NCBI GenBank assembly: GCA_964016885.1
Contig: OZ024740.1
Coordinates: forward strand, 58,776,001-58,840,000
DNA length: 64,000 nucleotides
Direction of reading: 5' to 3'
Source of the DNA: Eledone cirrhosa
Lineage: Eukaryota
The position numbers and the translations under genes were made by a program. The notes under the pieces are model-generated. The model was not told where the DNA came from, ran no database searches, and saw only the letters and a list, made by a program, of their open reading frames with translations. Of the stretch, positions 25,544-39,989 are shown one piece after another (positions within the stretch are counted from its first letter, which is position 1; each line of letters begins with the position of its first letter).

Positions 25544-25860
25544 GAAGGCATGTGGCTTAGTCGTTAATACTTCTGGCTCACAATCATTGAGCTGTGAGTT
25601 TGATTCCCAACAACACATCATGACCTTTAGCAAGATATTTTATTTCCTGTTGCTCAAGTTCACTCAGATGGCAAAATTGAGTTGTGTCTGTAATTCAAAG
25701 GGTCAGCTTTATCACTTACTGTGTCATGCTGAATCTCCCCGAGAATTATATTATAGGTGCATGTGTCTGTGGAAATCTCAGCCACATAGACATTAATTTC
25801 ATAGGCAGGCTGCTCCATTGTTCAAACAACTGGAACATTCATCATTTGAAGCAATGGAGT
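25544..25860 (+). mobile_element. Diverged tRNA/CORE-type SINE
   Basis: A/B-box-like head and TGACCTTTAGCAAGATATTTTATTTC...TTCACTCAG. Confidence 0.55.
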
Positions 25861-25974
25861 CTAACACATACACACCCACATACGTTAATATCACTACACA
25901 CACACACACAGCAGGCTATTCTGAATCATGCTTGTCTTCCAAATAAGGAAATTCACTTAGAACGCATTGGTTAA

Positions 25975-26185
25975 CCCTTTAGCATTTAGTCTGGCCATAT
26001 CTGGCCAGAATTCTCTCACCTCTTTCTGTTCAAACTAGTCATAACCAGCCACTCATACTCATGTTAGGGTATTGTTCTCAAAATAAATAACATCAAAATC
26101 TCAGATTCGATAATATGTGAGATAAAGTGTTTACTGATATGTGAGATAAAGTGTTTAGAGTATATATAGAGTAAATGGTAAAGGG
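25975..26185 (+). mobile_element. piggyBac-type MITE
   Basis: TTAA|CCCTTTAGCATTT...AAATGGTAAAGGG|TTAA. Confidence 0.85.
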
Positions 26186-27854
26186 TTAAGCTGAACCTAT
26201 GGTAGAAGTTTCTATGAAATACAATCAAACTCAGAATCATGGGGTTCTTACAAGTAAAATTCTTACTTGCATTCACAATGTTTGTAAATTATTTTAATAA
26301 ACGTTTATATATTCTAATTTTCCCCTATCATAGTCTGGTTTTCATTTTGTTGTATTATATTTTTTTATTATCAGGTCTTTCTTTAGTTTTTTATTTTTTT
26401 TTATTTTTCAAAGAAGAAACCTTCATAATAATTTTAGGAAATTATTATTGTTTGTGTTGTTATTATTACTATACATAAATAGTAATTTGTGAAGTATAGC
26501 AGTATTGAAATACATATTGGAGTACCAGTGTCAGAGAAAATTGTACAGTTGTCATTCAATCTTCTAGAAAATTATCAAAAAAACATTTATATTCCATGTT
26601 GTAACCCATAAAATGGGTACAACAGTTTTAGGAGGGAGTCAATCTCTCATGAGAGTTATATATATATATATATATATATACACACTTAATGTTTTTTTAT
26701 TTTTTTTTTAGTTCAAAATAATTGGCTGTAATTACTCAACTTTGAAATATCCATCACAAAACCTTCTCATATTATAGCTGATTTCTGCATTACACTTCAA
26801 TCTAAGAAATCATTGACAAATTATTTCAAACATGTCAACAATACATTTTATGTTTTTGCTGTTATTGTTTTGCTCTTAGTTTAACTCTGATCAAGCAGAC
26901 CAATGATCAATAGTCATTCTTATTTATTTCGGATTCAGTGTATCTAGGATCACATTAGCTGCTGTTTCTTTACTTTTTTTGTGTGTGTATGTTCTAAGAT
27001 TTTAGGGTGTGATCTAAGGGAGGTATGGTTGCTATTGCTAGTAAGTCAAGTGGCCAGTTTAACCGTCCTCATTTGTTTGAAAATACATCTTATTTTCATC
27101 TTAGCTGAGATTATATTGAAATTGAAAAGCTCCTCTTTAGAGTTGTACTTTTAATCTAAGGTCATTAAATCTCTAACTGTACGGTGCTAGATTCTTCATC
27201 TTTGTTACAAACCTCACTATGGTTGCTGTACAGTGTCCTTAAGTAAGGCACATTCCTCTGTTTGTCTAGAGTCCACATCTGCTCCATACATTAGTAGTTA
27301 GATGTAGGAAGGATATAAAGATATAGGAAGATTTTCTCAATAAAATATAATTATCTAAATATAAAAAATAATAGAACATCTAATCCATTATTGTATACAT
27401 CATTTCATAGACTCTCTGGTCTATTATAATGGTGTGTTACTAGCTTCTGTGTCATTCTTCTTCTCTTCTTCTTCATCATTCGTTTATTCATGAGAGGGTC
27501 ATAGGGGCAGGGTCTTCAAATATGCCTTTCAGCAGGTTCTGTCAGAAGCAACTGTCTCCAATTAATTTGACTGGATCCCCAGACAACAGATCTCATGGAG
27601 CTGTGATACTACGGATATGTGCCATTCTTCTATTATAATTTCATTTACCCGGAAGATGTAATGTAGGAATATAAATAACTCCCAGTACTTAACAGGTATT
27701 TTACTTTCTCAATCCTGATAGGATGAAATACAAAATCGACCTTGGCAGGATTTCAACTCAGAATATATGGTATGCATCCCCACCTCCACTGTACCCCCAC
27801 CATCCCATAATCTCCCATGAGGACAGGCTGAAACATACATCTAGTGAAGCCTCC

Positions 27855-29165
27855 AACCCACACTGTAATGTAGTCATGATGGCAACATGGCAAAAAGCAC
27901 CCAGTCCACACTGTAAAGTGGTTGTGTAGGTGTCATCACAAAAAGCACACAGTCCACACTGTAAAGTGGTTGTGTAGGTGTCACAACAAAAAAGCACCCA
28001 GTCCACACTGTAAAGTGGTTGTGTAGGTGTCATGACAACAAGCACCAAGTCCACACTGTAAAGTGGTTGCGTAGGTGTCATCACAAAAAGCACACAGTCC
28101 ACACTGTAAAGTGGTTGTGTAGGTGTCACAACAAAAAAGCACCCAGTCCACACTGTAAAGTGGTTGTGTAGGTGTCATGACAACAAGCACCAAGTCCATA
28201 CTGTAAAGTGGTTGTGTAGGTGTCATCACAAAAAGCACCCAGTCCACACTGTAAAGTGGTTGTGTAGGTGTCATGACAACAAGCACCAAGTCCACACTGT
28301 AAAGTGGTGTAGGTGTCATCACAAAAAGTACCCAGTCCACACTGTAAAGTGGTTGTGTAGGTGTCATGACAACAAGCACCAAGTCCACACTGTAAAGTGG
28401 TTGTGTAGGTGTCATGACAACAAGCACCCAGTCCACACTGTAAAGTGGTTGTGTAGGGGTCACAGCAAAAAAGCACCCAGTCCACACTGTAAAGTGGTTG
28501 TGTAGGTGTCATCACAAAAGACACCAAGTATACACTGTAAAGTGGTTGTGTAGGTGTCACAACAAAAAAGCACCCAGTCCACACTGTAAAGTGGTTGTGT
28601 AAGTGTCATCACAAAAAAGCACCCAGTCCACACTGTAAAGTGGTTGTGTAGGTGTCATGACAACAAGCACCCAGTCCACACTGTAAAGTGGTTGTGTAGG
28701 TGTCATGACAACAAGCACACAGTCCACACTGTAAAGTGGTTGTGTAGGTGTCATCACAAAAGACACCAAGTATACACTGTAAAGTGGTTGTGTAGGTGTC
28801 ACAACAAAAAAGCACCCAGTCCACACTGTAAAGTGGTTGTGTAGGTGTCACAACAAAAAAAGCACCCAGTCCACACTGTAAAGTGGTTGTGTAGGTGTCA
28901 TGACAACAAGCACCAAGTCCACACTGTAAAGTGGTGTAGGTGTCATCACAAAAAGTACCCAGTCCACACTGTAAAGTGGTTGTGTAGGTGTCATGACAAC
29001 AAGCACCAAGTCCACACTGTAAAGTGTTTGTGTAGGTGTCATGACAACAAGCACCCAGTCCACACTGTAAAGTGGTTGTGTAGGTATCATCACAAAAAGC
29101 ACCCAGTCCACACTGTAAAGTGGTTGTATAGCTGTCATCACAAAAAGCACCCAGTACTCACTGTA
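27855..29165 (+). repeat. Tandem array of about 27 units of 48-49 bp within an RTE 3' UTR (tail continues to about 29312)
   Basis: Unit AAAAAGCACCCAGTCCACACTGTAAAGTGGTTGTGTAGGTGTCA(N4-5), followed by the standard RTE tail. Confidence 0.95.
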
Positions 29166-32104
29166 AATGTGGTTGGCATTAGGAAGGGCATCCGGCTGTA
29201 GAAACCAAGCTAAAATCAGTTCTGTATGAGCAAGACATGGTTACCTGACCTAGCATTGCCCACAAGAGGACAACTCATCTGACCCATGCTAGCATGGAAA
29301 AATGGACATTAACACATATAATGGACATTAACACATATAACACATAGTATTATGACTGATATTCTATCAATTCTGTAAATCCATTGTGAGCAGATGAGAA
29401 CAGAACTTCTTTCCACCACAGGTAACTTTTCCAGCAAATAAAACCAAACTCAGCTCTGCAAGCCAACAAATTGCCCATTAATTTCATATTGCTTCCACTA
29501 CTTATAGAATCTTTAATATAGATAGAAGGATATCATACTATCTTTCAATATCTACATGCAGTTAGATGGACTGTATCATTGGGAGCTATATTTCTTTACC
29601 ATTAGTACCAGTGACAATATGTGAACTACTGACTTTATGGACAGTTGTCTGTTACACTATCAACTTGGCCATCCATACTCTAATATTCAATCTCTGATAT
29701 GAAAACATAAATGTAAAAACAGAAAAAGGAAATGCATGCTACTAATAACCATTTTGACTAAAAGTAAAGAAATTTACAGAAGTTTTCTTTTTAGTTAATA
29801 CCAACACTATACCACAAATTGCAATATTTGCTTTCTTGTGCAGAATCTGACAGCCCCCCCCCCCCCCCCCCCAAAAAAAAAACACTGTATTGGTTAATGG
29901 AATGTATTATGTGTCAACCATGGCTATTTTACAGTTTTCACTTAATGCTTCATAGGTACCTGTCACTTCTTTAGCTCATTTTTCTGACATACTCTTATAA
30001 AAATACTCTTACCATGAGAGCCTTCCTTTACATGTGGTTATGATTATGAACCATATCCACAATATTAAATTACATGAATTTTGTCTATATATTATAATAA
30101 CCCAACACTATTTTAGAACAGCAATATGAAATATATATATACATGTGAGTGTGTGTGGTGTGTATATATATGTATGTGTGTGTGTGTGTGTTCATATATA
30201 TATTTAAAATGAAGAAAAACCAAGAAAAATAAGTTAAATCCATTCTTGAATTTCTATATGCATTTTATACAGGTGATAATGGAATATATATATGTAAACA
30301 ATAAGTTAATCGGAAATAGTTAATTAGTAATTATTTACACAAGACATAATACATATATCATCTGCATATCTTCAGGAATTACAAAGTAATATATCCTTAT
30401 ATAAGATTAATTATTTCATATAGGCTACAATGTGTTATGTAATGAAACCTCTCTGTTTATATATTAATGTTATATATACATTGGTTCATACATTTCTCTT
30501 CGTTCTCTGCTAATATAATCCATTCTACGTGGTTATATTTTCTGCTACTTATGACAACCATATCCCAAAGGGATTCTTTTCAACAAATTTGAAAGTGTTT
30601 TTAATACTGAAGATAAAATGCCTGTCTGCTGTGGCAATACATTGATAACCTATGAAGTAATTTTTATACATTTAATGTTGCCTCAATAACAAGCACCCAG
30701 TCTGTACTGTAAGGCAATATTGCTGATGTCATGACAAAAAGCACTAAGTCCAACCTGTAAAGTAGTAGTGCTACAGTCATGATAAAATGCACCCAGTACA
30801 TGCTGTAAAAGGGTATCCAGCCATAGTAACCAAACTAAAAATGGAGTAATCATTTTGAAGCAAAGTTTTGGTTGGTGTGGAAGAAATGACGAACACAATA
30901 AATACCAACAATTCTGTTTGAATATATATCTTTACTTCACTTCGGCAAAAAGGAAAAAATATGATTACTTTGAATCGTAAATATAAAATTTGATTATAGT
31001 GTTCACAAATAAATATAGTGTTCAATAAGACTTCTTTGTTGTGTGAGGGTTTCTTTGTTTACTATGTGATGTTACCTTAAAAAGTGACAAGTTGTAGTCA
31101 GACAGTACATACCAGCAGAGGTAGTAGTAAACTCTTATATGGCAAGGTTGTGCTGTGCAGGCAAAGTGGCAGTGAACTGTGTTATCAGAAGAAGAGGCAG
31201 ATGACTGAGTATTAGGACCACAGGACAGCCTATTTATAATTATGGCTAGTTATTTTTGATAGATAACAGGTGACCCTAGAATAGGTTCTCCTTCCAAGTA
31301 CTGGTGCTGTAAATCTTACCATCAGGAGAATTTATCAATTGTCTTCCCTGCGAGGTCACAGGTCACGTACTTGTTGGCTATGTCCACAAAGGAGAAGAAA
31401 ACCGGGGGGGGGGGGGGGACATTTCTTTTGCTCCAATCTGACTTATCTAGCCTCAGTACGTGACAGCCCATCTAACCCATGCAATCATGGAAAATAGACG
31501 TTAAATGGTGGTGGTGGTGATGATTATGATGATCTTCTATTTTAACTTGTGTTCAAATTTCTGTGGGGTTTTTTACATTGAAATAATTCCTGTTGCTAAT
31601 CATGCCTTTTGTTTTGGCAGACATAAGCCAATTACTCATAAATCCTTAATATTTGTCAAGTTGACTTAACTCTTATTCATTTGGAATTTACATTTTTTTT
31701 AAATTGTTATTAATTCATTGGTACATGCAGGCCCCACCCAACACTGCTGTTTAAAGCTTCAAATTCTTGTAAAAGAAGAGACTTATTGATTATTTCTCAC
31801 TATAAATTTTTTTTTTCAATATATTGCTATACTTGGGTATTAGATTCTTTGCATCCAAGCAAAATTCTTTGTTAGAATAGTAAATCAGTCATACTGTTAT
31901 CTGTGTATTAAATAAAATATTTAATGTAGTCTTTCACAATTCTCACGTGGAAACAAATATTCTCAAATTTAGAGTTTATTGAAATTACAAATGTACAGAA
32001 TTTTTAATTATAAGACTTTCCTTACTGTGACCTGATTGCATATTCCTCTAAACATGTAAATGTGTGTATGTGTGTGTGTGTGTGTGAATCCACTCATCTG
32101 TTTG

Positions 32105-32990
32105 TAGCTGAACTCATCTTCACTTTAAACTACTACTTTCGTGAATTTTATCAACAGGTTTGTGGTCTAGTTAGGGCAACTAAGAAGGTTTCCAATCTCT
32201 CTAAACTCTATCTAGCCCACATTGCGACCTAAATTGTTGTCAACTTCAATGAATATCTCAGTGCTACACCACACACCTGAAAAGAACTCTACTATCTCTG
32301 ACATCTCCACCAGCTTCCTTGACATCTCTCTCACTATTCATAATCTCCACCTTTCTCACATCTGTCTACTGCAAGAGTCAGAGTTATTTTTTTATGTCCA
32401 TGTTCCCATTCTTGCACAGGTAAAATGAAGCCTGGAGCTTATCCCAGTTACATGGGTATCAAGTGGCTAAGATAACATGCCTCTTCTCTGTACAGAACAC
32501 TAATCCCTCACAGGGTTAATCTCCAGCTGCTGCTGCTAGTGGTGGTACTCAGCTAAGTGAACTGAAGCACCATAGAAATAATAAAGTACCTTGCACAAGG
32601 AAACAATTTGTCATCTGGTCTTGGAATCAAAATCACAATCATATGATCAGGAACACAACATTCTAACCACTAGGCTACCCACCATCACTACTTATATGCA
32701 TTCTTATCTGGATTCTTGTACTTCCAGCTTCACACACTCTACATTTGCTATTCGATTCTCGCAATTTCTTTGACTTTGTCATCTATACAACAAACATTCA
32801 GACTTCAAAGCTAAAGAAATGTACTTCTTCTTTACACATGGTTACTCTCAATCAATCTTTGATATTATCCATTGAGCTCAAAGTATCAACAGAATTACTT
32901 CATTCTTGCCACTTATATTGTACACCAATAGAACAGATTTCCTTCTCTATTACTTTTCATTCAGCAACTTTTCAGTTACGCTGAACTATC
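32105..32990 (+). pseudogene. Degraded Penelope-like RT, interrupted by a SINE (about 32430-32685, minus)
   Basis: ELIFTLNY...EFYQQVCG, SFLDISLTI and HSYLD...AIRFSQFL match PLE RT motifs. Confidence 0.65.
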
Positions 32991-34087
32991 CAATCCAATC
33001 CAGAGTCTCCTCACTCCTGTTGGAAGAAGCCCTCCCTGATTGACCTTCATTGCTTTAGCTAATTGCAGGTTGGGGAGGCTATTTAACCCATAGTTGGGGT
33101 GCATGACCATTAACTCTGAGTTCATCCACCCTTTTAACAGTTCTTGTTTTTGCGTTGCTGGGGTTCCACTTACTCTCCTCATCAGACCATGGCCAGTTTA
33201 GTCATCGGCCATGAAGCTGGTTACACTAGGTTACATGGTACCAGTAGCAGGCAGAAGCCTGAAATATCTTAAGCAAATTCTGCTATCTGCTCTCTGACTC
33301 TGTAATTGCCTCATTTTTTCCTATAACTCCTTTGTTTCAAAAGAGGCAAAACTTTCCATGACATTTTTGGTCAGTGGCCCCTTTGTTCCCAACAATAATT
33401 AGCTTGGTGCTTTTGAATGCTTTTACCCCAGGTGACATACCTGCCTCTTTATCTTCCCCACCACAATCATAGTTGGTTATAAAACCTAGTACCCTGTCAC
33501 TGAAATACTACACTTGTAGCTTCTATAACCTCAGTTACTATTTTCCTTGTAAGCTTTGCATTGCATATAAACAAAACAGGATGCTGTTTAGGTGACTATT
33601 TTTGAGAACATGTCTTTGATGTCCATACCAATGCCATGGTCAACTTCAAACCCAGAGTCTGACATTCCAATTTGTCAGAATACTCTACAGATCACCTCAA
33701 CAGATCTTCTCATCAGCATAAAGATATAGAGAAACATCACATCTTTGATTTTGGTATTTCTACTCACATCAAATGTTTTTCTTTTTCAGTTTATTTTGTT
33801 TTCCTTACTACAGCCTTCTCCTCCTCCAGTTCTGTTTTTGGATACTTGGAGCTGATTTGTACCTCTACATTATACTAGTGTGAGTATGTATGCCACTAAT
33901 GCATTTCTGTATGTGTTTCTTAGTTTAGCACACCCACATCTAACAGTCTTTCTTTTATAAGCTAGCTGTTTCATCAATTGACCTCTAGGATTTCTTTCTT
34001 ATTTCTTCACTGACCTTTCCTTGTAACACCTCAATTTCATTCTTTCTTTTCATATCAGCTCCTCATTTTTCTGCTTCCTATTTTGTG

Positions 34088-34428
34088 TCATCATCATCGT
34101 TTCATTTTACGTCCGCTTTTTCCCTGCTTGCAAGGGTGGGACGGAAACTGATTATGGCTTGATTTCTACAGCTGGATGCCCTTCCTAACACCAACCTCAT
34201 TTACAGTGAGTGCTGGGTGCTTTTTTGCCATGGCACCTCCACGACCACTTTGCAGTGGAATGATATGGACCCCAGTCTCTATCATCTCATTTCTACAGCT
34301 GAGTAAACTGGAGCAATGTGAAATAAAGTGTCTTGCTCAAGGAAACAACACATCACCCGGTCTGAGAATTGAACTCACAACATTTCGATTGCAAGGCCAA
34401 TGCTCTAACCACTAAGCCATGTGCCTCC
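34088..34428 (-). mobile_element. CORE-type SINE with RTE tail
   Basis: Reverse complement of 23312-23650. Confidence 0.85.
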
Positions 34429-34443
34429 ATGTGTGTATATATA

Positions 34444-34900
34444 TATCAAATAATGGTAGTTAAGACGGGATTATTTCACCATAATTGTTTATTGCATGAT
34501 ATATATTTCTGTTACATAATTATTCATGTGATTTCGTCAGATGCTTATGCAATCATAGTTGCAGTTATGCAATCATTGTGATATGCCAGTAGCCATGAAG
34601 GTCCATCCAGTAGATATGCCATTGGCCTATCACAAGGATTACACAACTGCAACTATGATTGCATAAGCATCTGGCGAAGTCACATGAATAACCATGTAAC
34701 AGAAATATATATCATGCAATAAAGAATTATGGTGAAATAATCCCATCTTAACTACCATTATTTGATAAATGAATACTCCATCACTCATTATCACCTACCT
34801 GGCATAAACTACTGATGTGAAATGCTTTAGATCACTATGATCTGCTTATCCTCAGGAAGTTACAACGTAACAACTCAGATAAACAATAAACTTCTGCAAT
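34444..34900 (+). mobile_element. PLE-like fold-back remnant: arms about 34444-34585 / 34626-34767 plus tail, in (TA)n
   Basis: Diverged inverted arms, each with a hammerhead motif. Confidence 0.75.
34494..34544 (-). ncRNA. Hammerhead ribozyme (family D)
   Basis: GCAT-CTGACGA-decayed stem II-GAAA-TATATA-TC-ATGC. The mirror copy at 34667-34717 has CTGGCGA. Confidence 0.65.
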
Positions 34901-34916
34901 ATATATATATATATAA

Positions 34917-35775
34917 TCATCATCATTGTTTAACGTACATTTTCCATGCTAGACGAGTTGTCCCATTAAAGGCAAGTTGGGCCAGGTGACTGTGTCGTAC
35001 TCATATAAAACTGTTTCTGGCTAGGTTTCTATGGCTGGATGCCCTTCCTAATGCCAACCACATTTACAGTCTGGACTGAGTGCTTTTTGTTGTAACATCT
35101 ACATGACCACTTTACAGTGTGGACTAGGTGCTTTTTGTCGGGACACCTGCACAACCACTTTACAATGTGGACTGGGTGTTTTTTGTTGTGATACCTACAC
35201 AACCACTTTACAGTGTACGCTGGGTACTTTTTGTCGTGACACCTACACAACCACTTTACACTGTGGACTGGGAGCTTTTTGTCGTAACACATACACAACC
35301 ACCTTACAGTGTGGGCTGGATGCTTTTTTGTTGTGATACCAACATAACTTTACAGTGTAAGGGTGGTGTGGACTGAAGCAGATTAGTGGAGGTGTATGGA
35401 AGAGGCTATAGTGGTTAAGAGGTGCCTACTAGATGTATGTTTCAGTCCATGCACATAGGAAGACATGCCTTCTGAATTACTGCACAACGCCAAAGATCTC
35501 GATCCTGTGTCATTGTCTTTGAGAGGTGCAATTGTGCATGGTCAGCTTTTATCACCTCATCCCAGATCTTCCTAAGTCTTGCTACTCCATAGCTTCCGTA
35601 AACTTTGATCACTCTGCACATTTTTATACAGGTCTCATCCTTCATAAGCATCACATGACTATACCAACGCAATCTCCTCTCTAGCATATGGCATCTGATT
35701 CCTCTTATGCCTAATTTCTCTCTCAGTTCATTTATGCTTTGCCGTTCATGTATATTACTATTACACATCCATCGT
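34917..35775 (-). mobile_element. RTE LINE 3' portion with about six 48-bp tail units
   Basis: RWMCNSN...ERRLRWYSHVM ORF end plus tail. Units at 35060-35355. Confidence 0.85.
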
Positions 35776-36250
35776 GGTATTTCATTTGATATATACACTA
35801 TATACACTACAGTTAGGTATATTGATGTATCATTTGATAAATACGCAATGTACAGTATAGTTGGGTATATTGGTATTTCATTTGATATATACACAATGTG
35901 TATAGTTGAATATATTGGTATTCCATTTGATATATATATACACGGTACACTATAGTTGAATATATTGGTATTTCATTTGATATATATACAATGTACAGTA
36001 TTGTTGAATATATTGGTATTTCATTTGATATATATACAACGTTCACTATAGTTGAATATATTGGCATTTCATTTTATATATACACAATGTATATAGTTGT
36101 GTATATTGGTGTTTTATTTGATATATATACAATGTACACTATAGTTGAGTATATTGATATTTATTTGATATATATATACACGATGTTGGGTTTATTGGTA
36201 TTTCATTTGATATACACAATGTACACTATAGTTGGGTATATTGGTATTTT
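35775..36250. repeat. AT-rich minisatellite, about 10 units of 45-50 bp
   Basis: Unit GGTATTTCATTTGATATATACACAATGTACACTATAGTTGAATATATT. Confidence 0.9.
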
Positions 36251-36259
36251 ACATATATA

Positions 36260-36326
<67 letters not shown>

Positions 36327-36713
36327 TCTTTTACTCTTTTACCTGTTTCAGCCATCCGGCTGAGGCCATGCTGGGGCACCGCCCTTGATCTATATATCAC
36401 CGCCCTTGATATATATATATTTATTTATTAAAATAACAGATTAAAGTTTAAGCAAGGAATGGTTGCTTTCACCTTTAACGGGATCCTCTGAAACTAAAAG
36501 AAAAAAAAAGATTTTAGTCTTCGCATTTATTATTATTACTATATGTATATATATATATAGTAATAATAATAAATGCGAAGACTAAAATCTTTTTGAGTAT
36601 CCACTAAGGTGAAACAATTGTTCTCGGTATGGTGAACTAACTGTTGTGTAACCACTTCTACCTAACTCGTCCCATGGACTGAGTGCTACAGATATTACCT
36701 TCCAGTGTTCTAC

Positions 36714-36748
<35 letters not shown>

Positions 36749-36813
36749 AAAGTTATATCTGTATATATACAAGCTAGAGGAAGCAATGTTTGTGTAAATG
36801 TATTTGTAAATTT

Positions 36814-36965
36814 AGGCAGTGAATTGGCAGTCGTTAGAATGTCAGATAGAATGCTTTATGGTATTCGTTCCGGCTCTCTGAGTTCAAATCCGGCCAAGGT
36901 CAACTTTGCTATTCATCCTTTTGAAGTCAATAAAAAAAAAGTACCAGTCTAGTACTGGGGTCGAT
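36814..36965 (+). mobile_element. Second SINE family (tRNA head plus Meta-like domain), diverged
   Basis: GAGTTCAAATCC B box, then CTTTGC.TTCATCCTT...AAGTACCAGT. Further diverged copies at about 38915-39055, 39790-39985 and 60925-61095. Confidence 0.65.
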
Positions 36966-37189
36966 TCTTCCTCTATATCTCTATCTCATTTCCTCTCTCT
37001 CACTTTCTATCTTCCTCTGGAAGAAATCTGCTGTACTCAGGCCTGGAGAGGGATGGGCTCCACTTAAAATGTCCAAGAAACGCTGTATGTCAATACAGTG
37101 CCCCTATGACTCTATCAGGAGTTACAGGACCATACCACCATACCACCATACCATATATAAATTTACACATATTTAGTATATAGACATGT

Positions 37190-37460
37190 AAACCAGGTGA
37201 TGTGTTGTTTCCTTGAGCAAGACACTTTATTTCACATTGCTCCAGTTTACACAGCTGTAGAAATGAGATGATAGAGACTGGGGTCCCTATCATTCCACTG
37301 CAAAGTGGTCGTGGAGGTGCCATGGCAAAAAAGCACCCAGCACTCACTGTAAATGAGGTTGGTGTTAGGAAGGGCATCCAGCTGTAGAAATCAAGCCAGA
37401 ATCAGTTCCCGTCCCACCCTTGCAAGTAGGGAAAAGGTGGACGTAAAATGAAATGAAATG
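37190..37460 (+). mobile_element. CORE-type SINE with RTE tail, 5'-truncated
   Basis: Colinear with 23380-23650. Confidence 0.8.
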
Positions 37461-37658
37461 AAAATGAACGAAACATTCCAAATATATGTATTTCCTTGTA
37501 AATAAAAAATAAAAAATAAAATTCCCAGAATTGATTTTTTAAATTTAGTTTGATTCCTCATCAGAGAGTATGTATATCATATAAACCACCAGAAGGAAAT
37601 ACATAAGGGTGTATATACTCTATCAAGTGGTAGGGTATATAGACCCTTTGGAGAATAT

Positions 37659-37696
<38 letters not shown>

Positions 37697-39989
37697 ATGT
37701 ATATTCATGTATAAAAGTGCACACGCATATGTTTACATGTATATTCACATATGCACATACATTGTGTGTCAGTGATCATACATATGTAGGAACATCATTT
37801 CTTTTAAGTGCTTAGGGCCCTGACTTCCACCCCTACTGTCTTTACTTCATTACTTTGGCCAGTGATTATCTACCCTTACCTACTCTCCCCTCATCGCTTC
37901 CTTATGATTCTTACATCTTACATTCTTCAGTTAGAGCCACATAACATGCTTTCATTTAACTTCCAAAGAAGATCCATGCCTAAAACTTCAAACCTCACCC
38001 AATCTCTTCATAGAACACAACGTTTCATTGACTTTATAATCTAAAAGCTTCAATACTAACTTATTAAATATTGGTAAGATGTGTAATATTACAGATAAAG
38101 GCCATGCAAGTACATTTGTATGCATGTAGATTAATTTTAAAATCTTTCCTTCTTAAAATAAGGAAATATTACGAAATCAAAAATAGATAGAAAATAATTT
38201 TATAAATGAAGTGATTCTTAGAGAAAAATCTACAATTAGATCAACTCTATCATGACGTAACAGTATTCTATTGATTGGAATATCATTTTTTACACTGATG
38301 AGTAGATTAGCTTTTTTGTTTTACTTCCTTCTCCAGAAATAGCAATGGGAATATTGTGTATTATATGTTCAGCAGTGTATTATAAATATCCACTGTTGAA
38401 TGTGAGACATTATAAGAAATGAAACATAAACATCATTCACTCACTTATTTGAAGCTTATAACATTTATAGCTTACTATAATTTATTTATATTGAATATGA
38501 TTACTTATTAAAAGAACATTCAGGTCTTCACAAATTAATTAGTTAATACTTATAATCTTTCATCAACACTTAAAGCTATCTTTTAGATAAGCTATATCAA
38601 AAAGAAATGTTAAGAAAGGGTTAGACTAGTCTGGCTAGAGTGTTTAAACAGTATTTATATCTTTAATGTACAGAATGTTGTGCCTGAGGTAATTTTCCAA
38701 ATTGGATTTAGTCCAACTATATGTTGGATTATGGAGATGAATTTTTTTTTTTTTTTTTAGATATCTATTGCCAATCATATGAATTGTTTTATTGGTCCCA
38801 AATTAGTTTATATGTTGAGATTGTGTCTTAGAACTGATTGAATTTGTAGTTTATAGGGAGTTAAAATTTTGTTAAAAATACATATCGTCTGACCGTAAAC
38901 TCTCAATAAATCAGGTGTAGCTATGTTAAAGATAGGCAACTGTCTGATGGCTGACACAATAAAACATTGTTCTATATCTGGTTTACTATTTAGCTATTCT
39001 GAATTCAAATACTATTGGGTTTACTTTACCTTTCATCCTTTTGAAATCAATAAAACATATATATAACCTAAATGATGAGGTGAATTCAATTGATTATTTT
39101 TTTTTATTATTAAAGTTAACTTCAAACTCAGTGATAAAATATCATTGTCTAGGACAACTCTTTTACAAGTTATTTAAAGTTAAAATTAGAAATATTATAC
39201 TATATGGATGTTTGTGAATTGTGACTGGTTGGTTGGTTAGTTGTTGTTGTGTAGCCCCAGGTCAGTCTTGATCAAGCACATTGATACTCAGTAAAATAGC
39301 TAAATGCAATCTGTAGATCTACTACTTTAAATATAGTATGTTTCTGTGTACATGAAGACCATACTGTACATTTCAATATGCAGTAGTTATAATTGTAAAG
39401 GGTACAATATGACAATCTGGGAGTGATTTTATCTGTAGTGACACAGATTGTTAGAATTTGAGAAATTGATACTGTGTCCCTTATATTTTTGAACAACCTT
39501 TCAGTTTTAGTATTTCTGATTTGTTCTGTGAGTGATCTGTGAGTGTGGTCTGTGTGCAATATGTAATAATGCAAAGATTTTATGGGGTTTTGTTGTTAAT
39601 TAGGAATTATAATATAAAGATTAGGTGGTTAGGAAAGACCGGTGTAATCATTGATGGAGTTGATATATTGGTTATACACTAATGTAGTTGCTTCCTTTTT
39701 GTTAGCATGTGGTGTCTATAAGTGATTCAAATATTTTGTGCATCAATTTTATTTTCATTACTATCTTATACAAGGTGTTGGGTTAACAGAATCCTTAAAA
39801 AGATTGATGAAAAGCTTTTCAGAACTCATTCTGATACTTTATGTTCTGAGTTCAAATTTCACCAAGGTTATCTTTACCTTTCATCCTTCAAGAGCTGATA
39901 AAATAAAGTACTAGTCAAATACTGGGATTGATTTAATCAACTATTCTTCTTCACCCAAATTGCTAGCCTTTCACCTAAATTAGAAACCA

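Noticed and set aside
27855-29165. CRISPR-like array and Cys/Thr-rich repetitive ORFs
   Set aside because: There are no unique spacers and no cas genes. The unit is part of the RTE 3' tail, and the ORFs result from a unit length near a multiple of 3.
33200-33900. Possible old LINE relic (also 29340-30060 and 61200-61900)
   Set aside because: Too degraded to assign motifs or boundaries reliably by eye.
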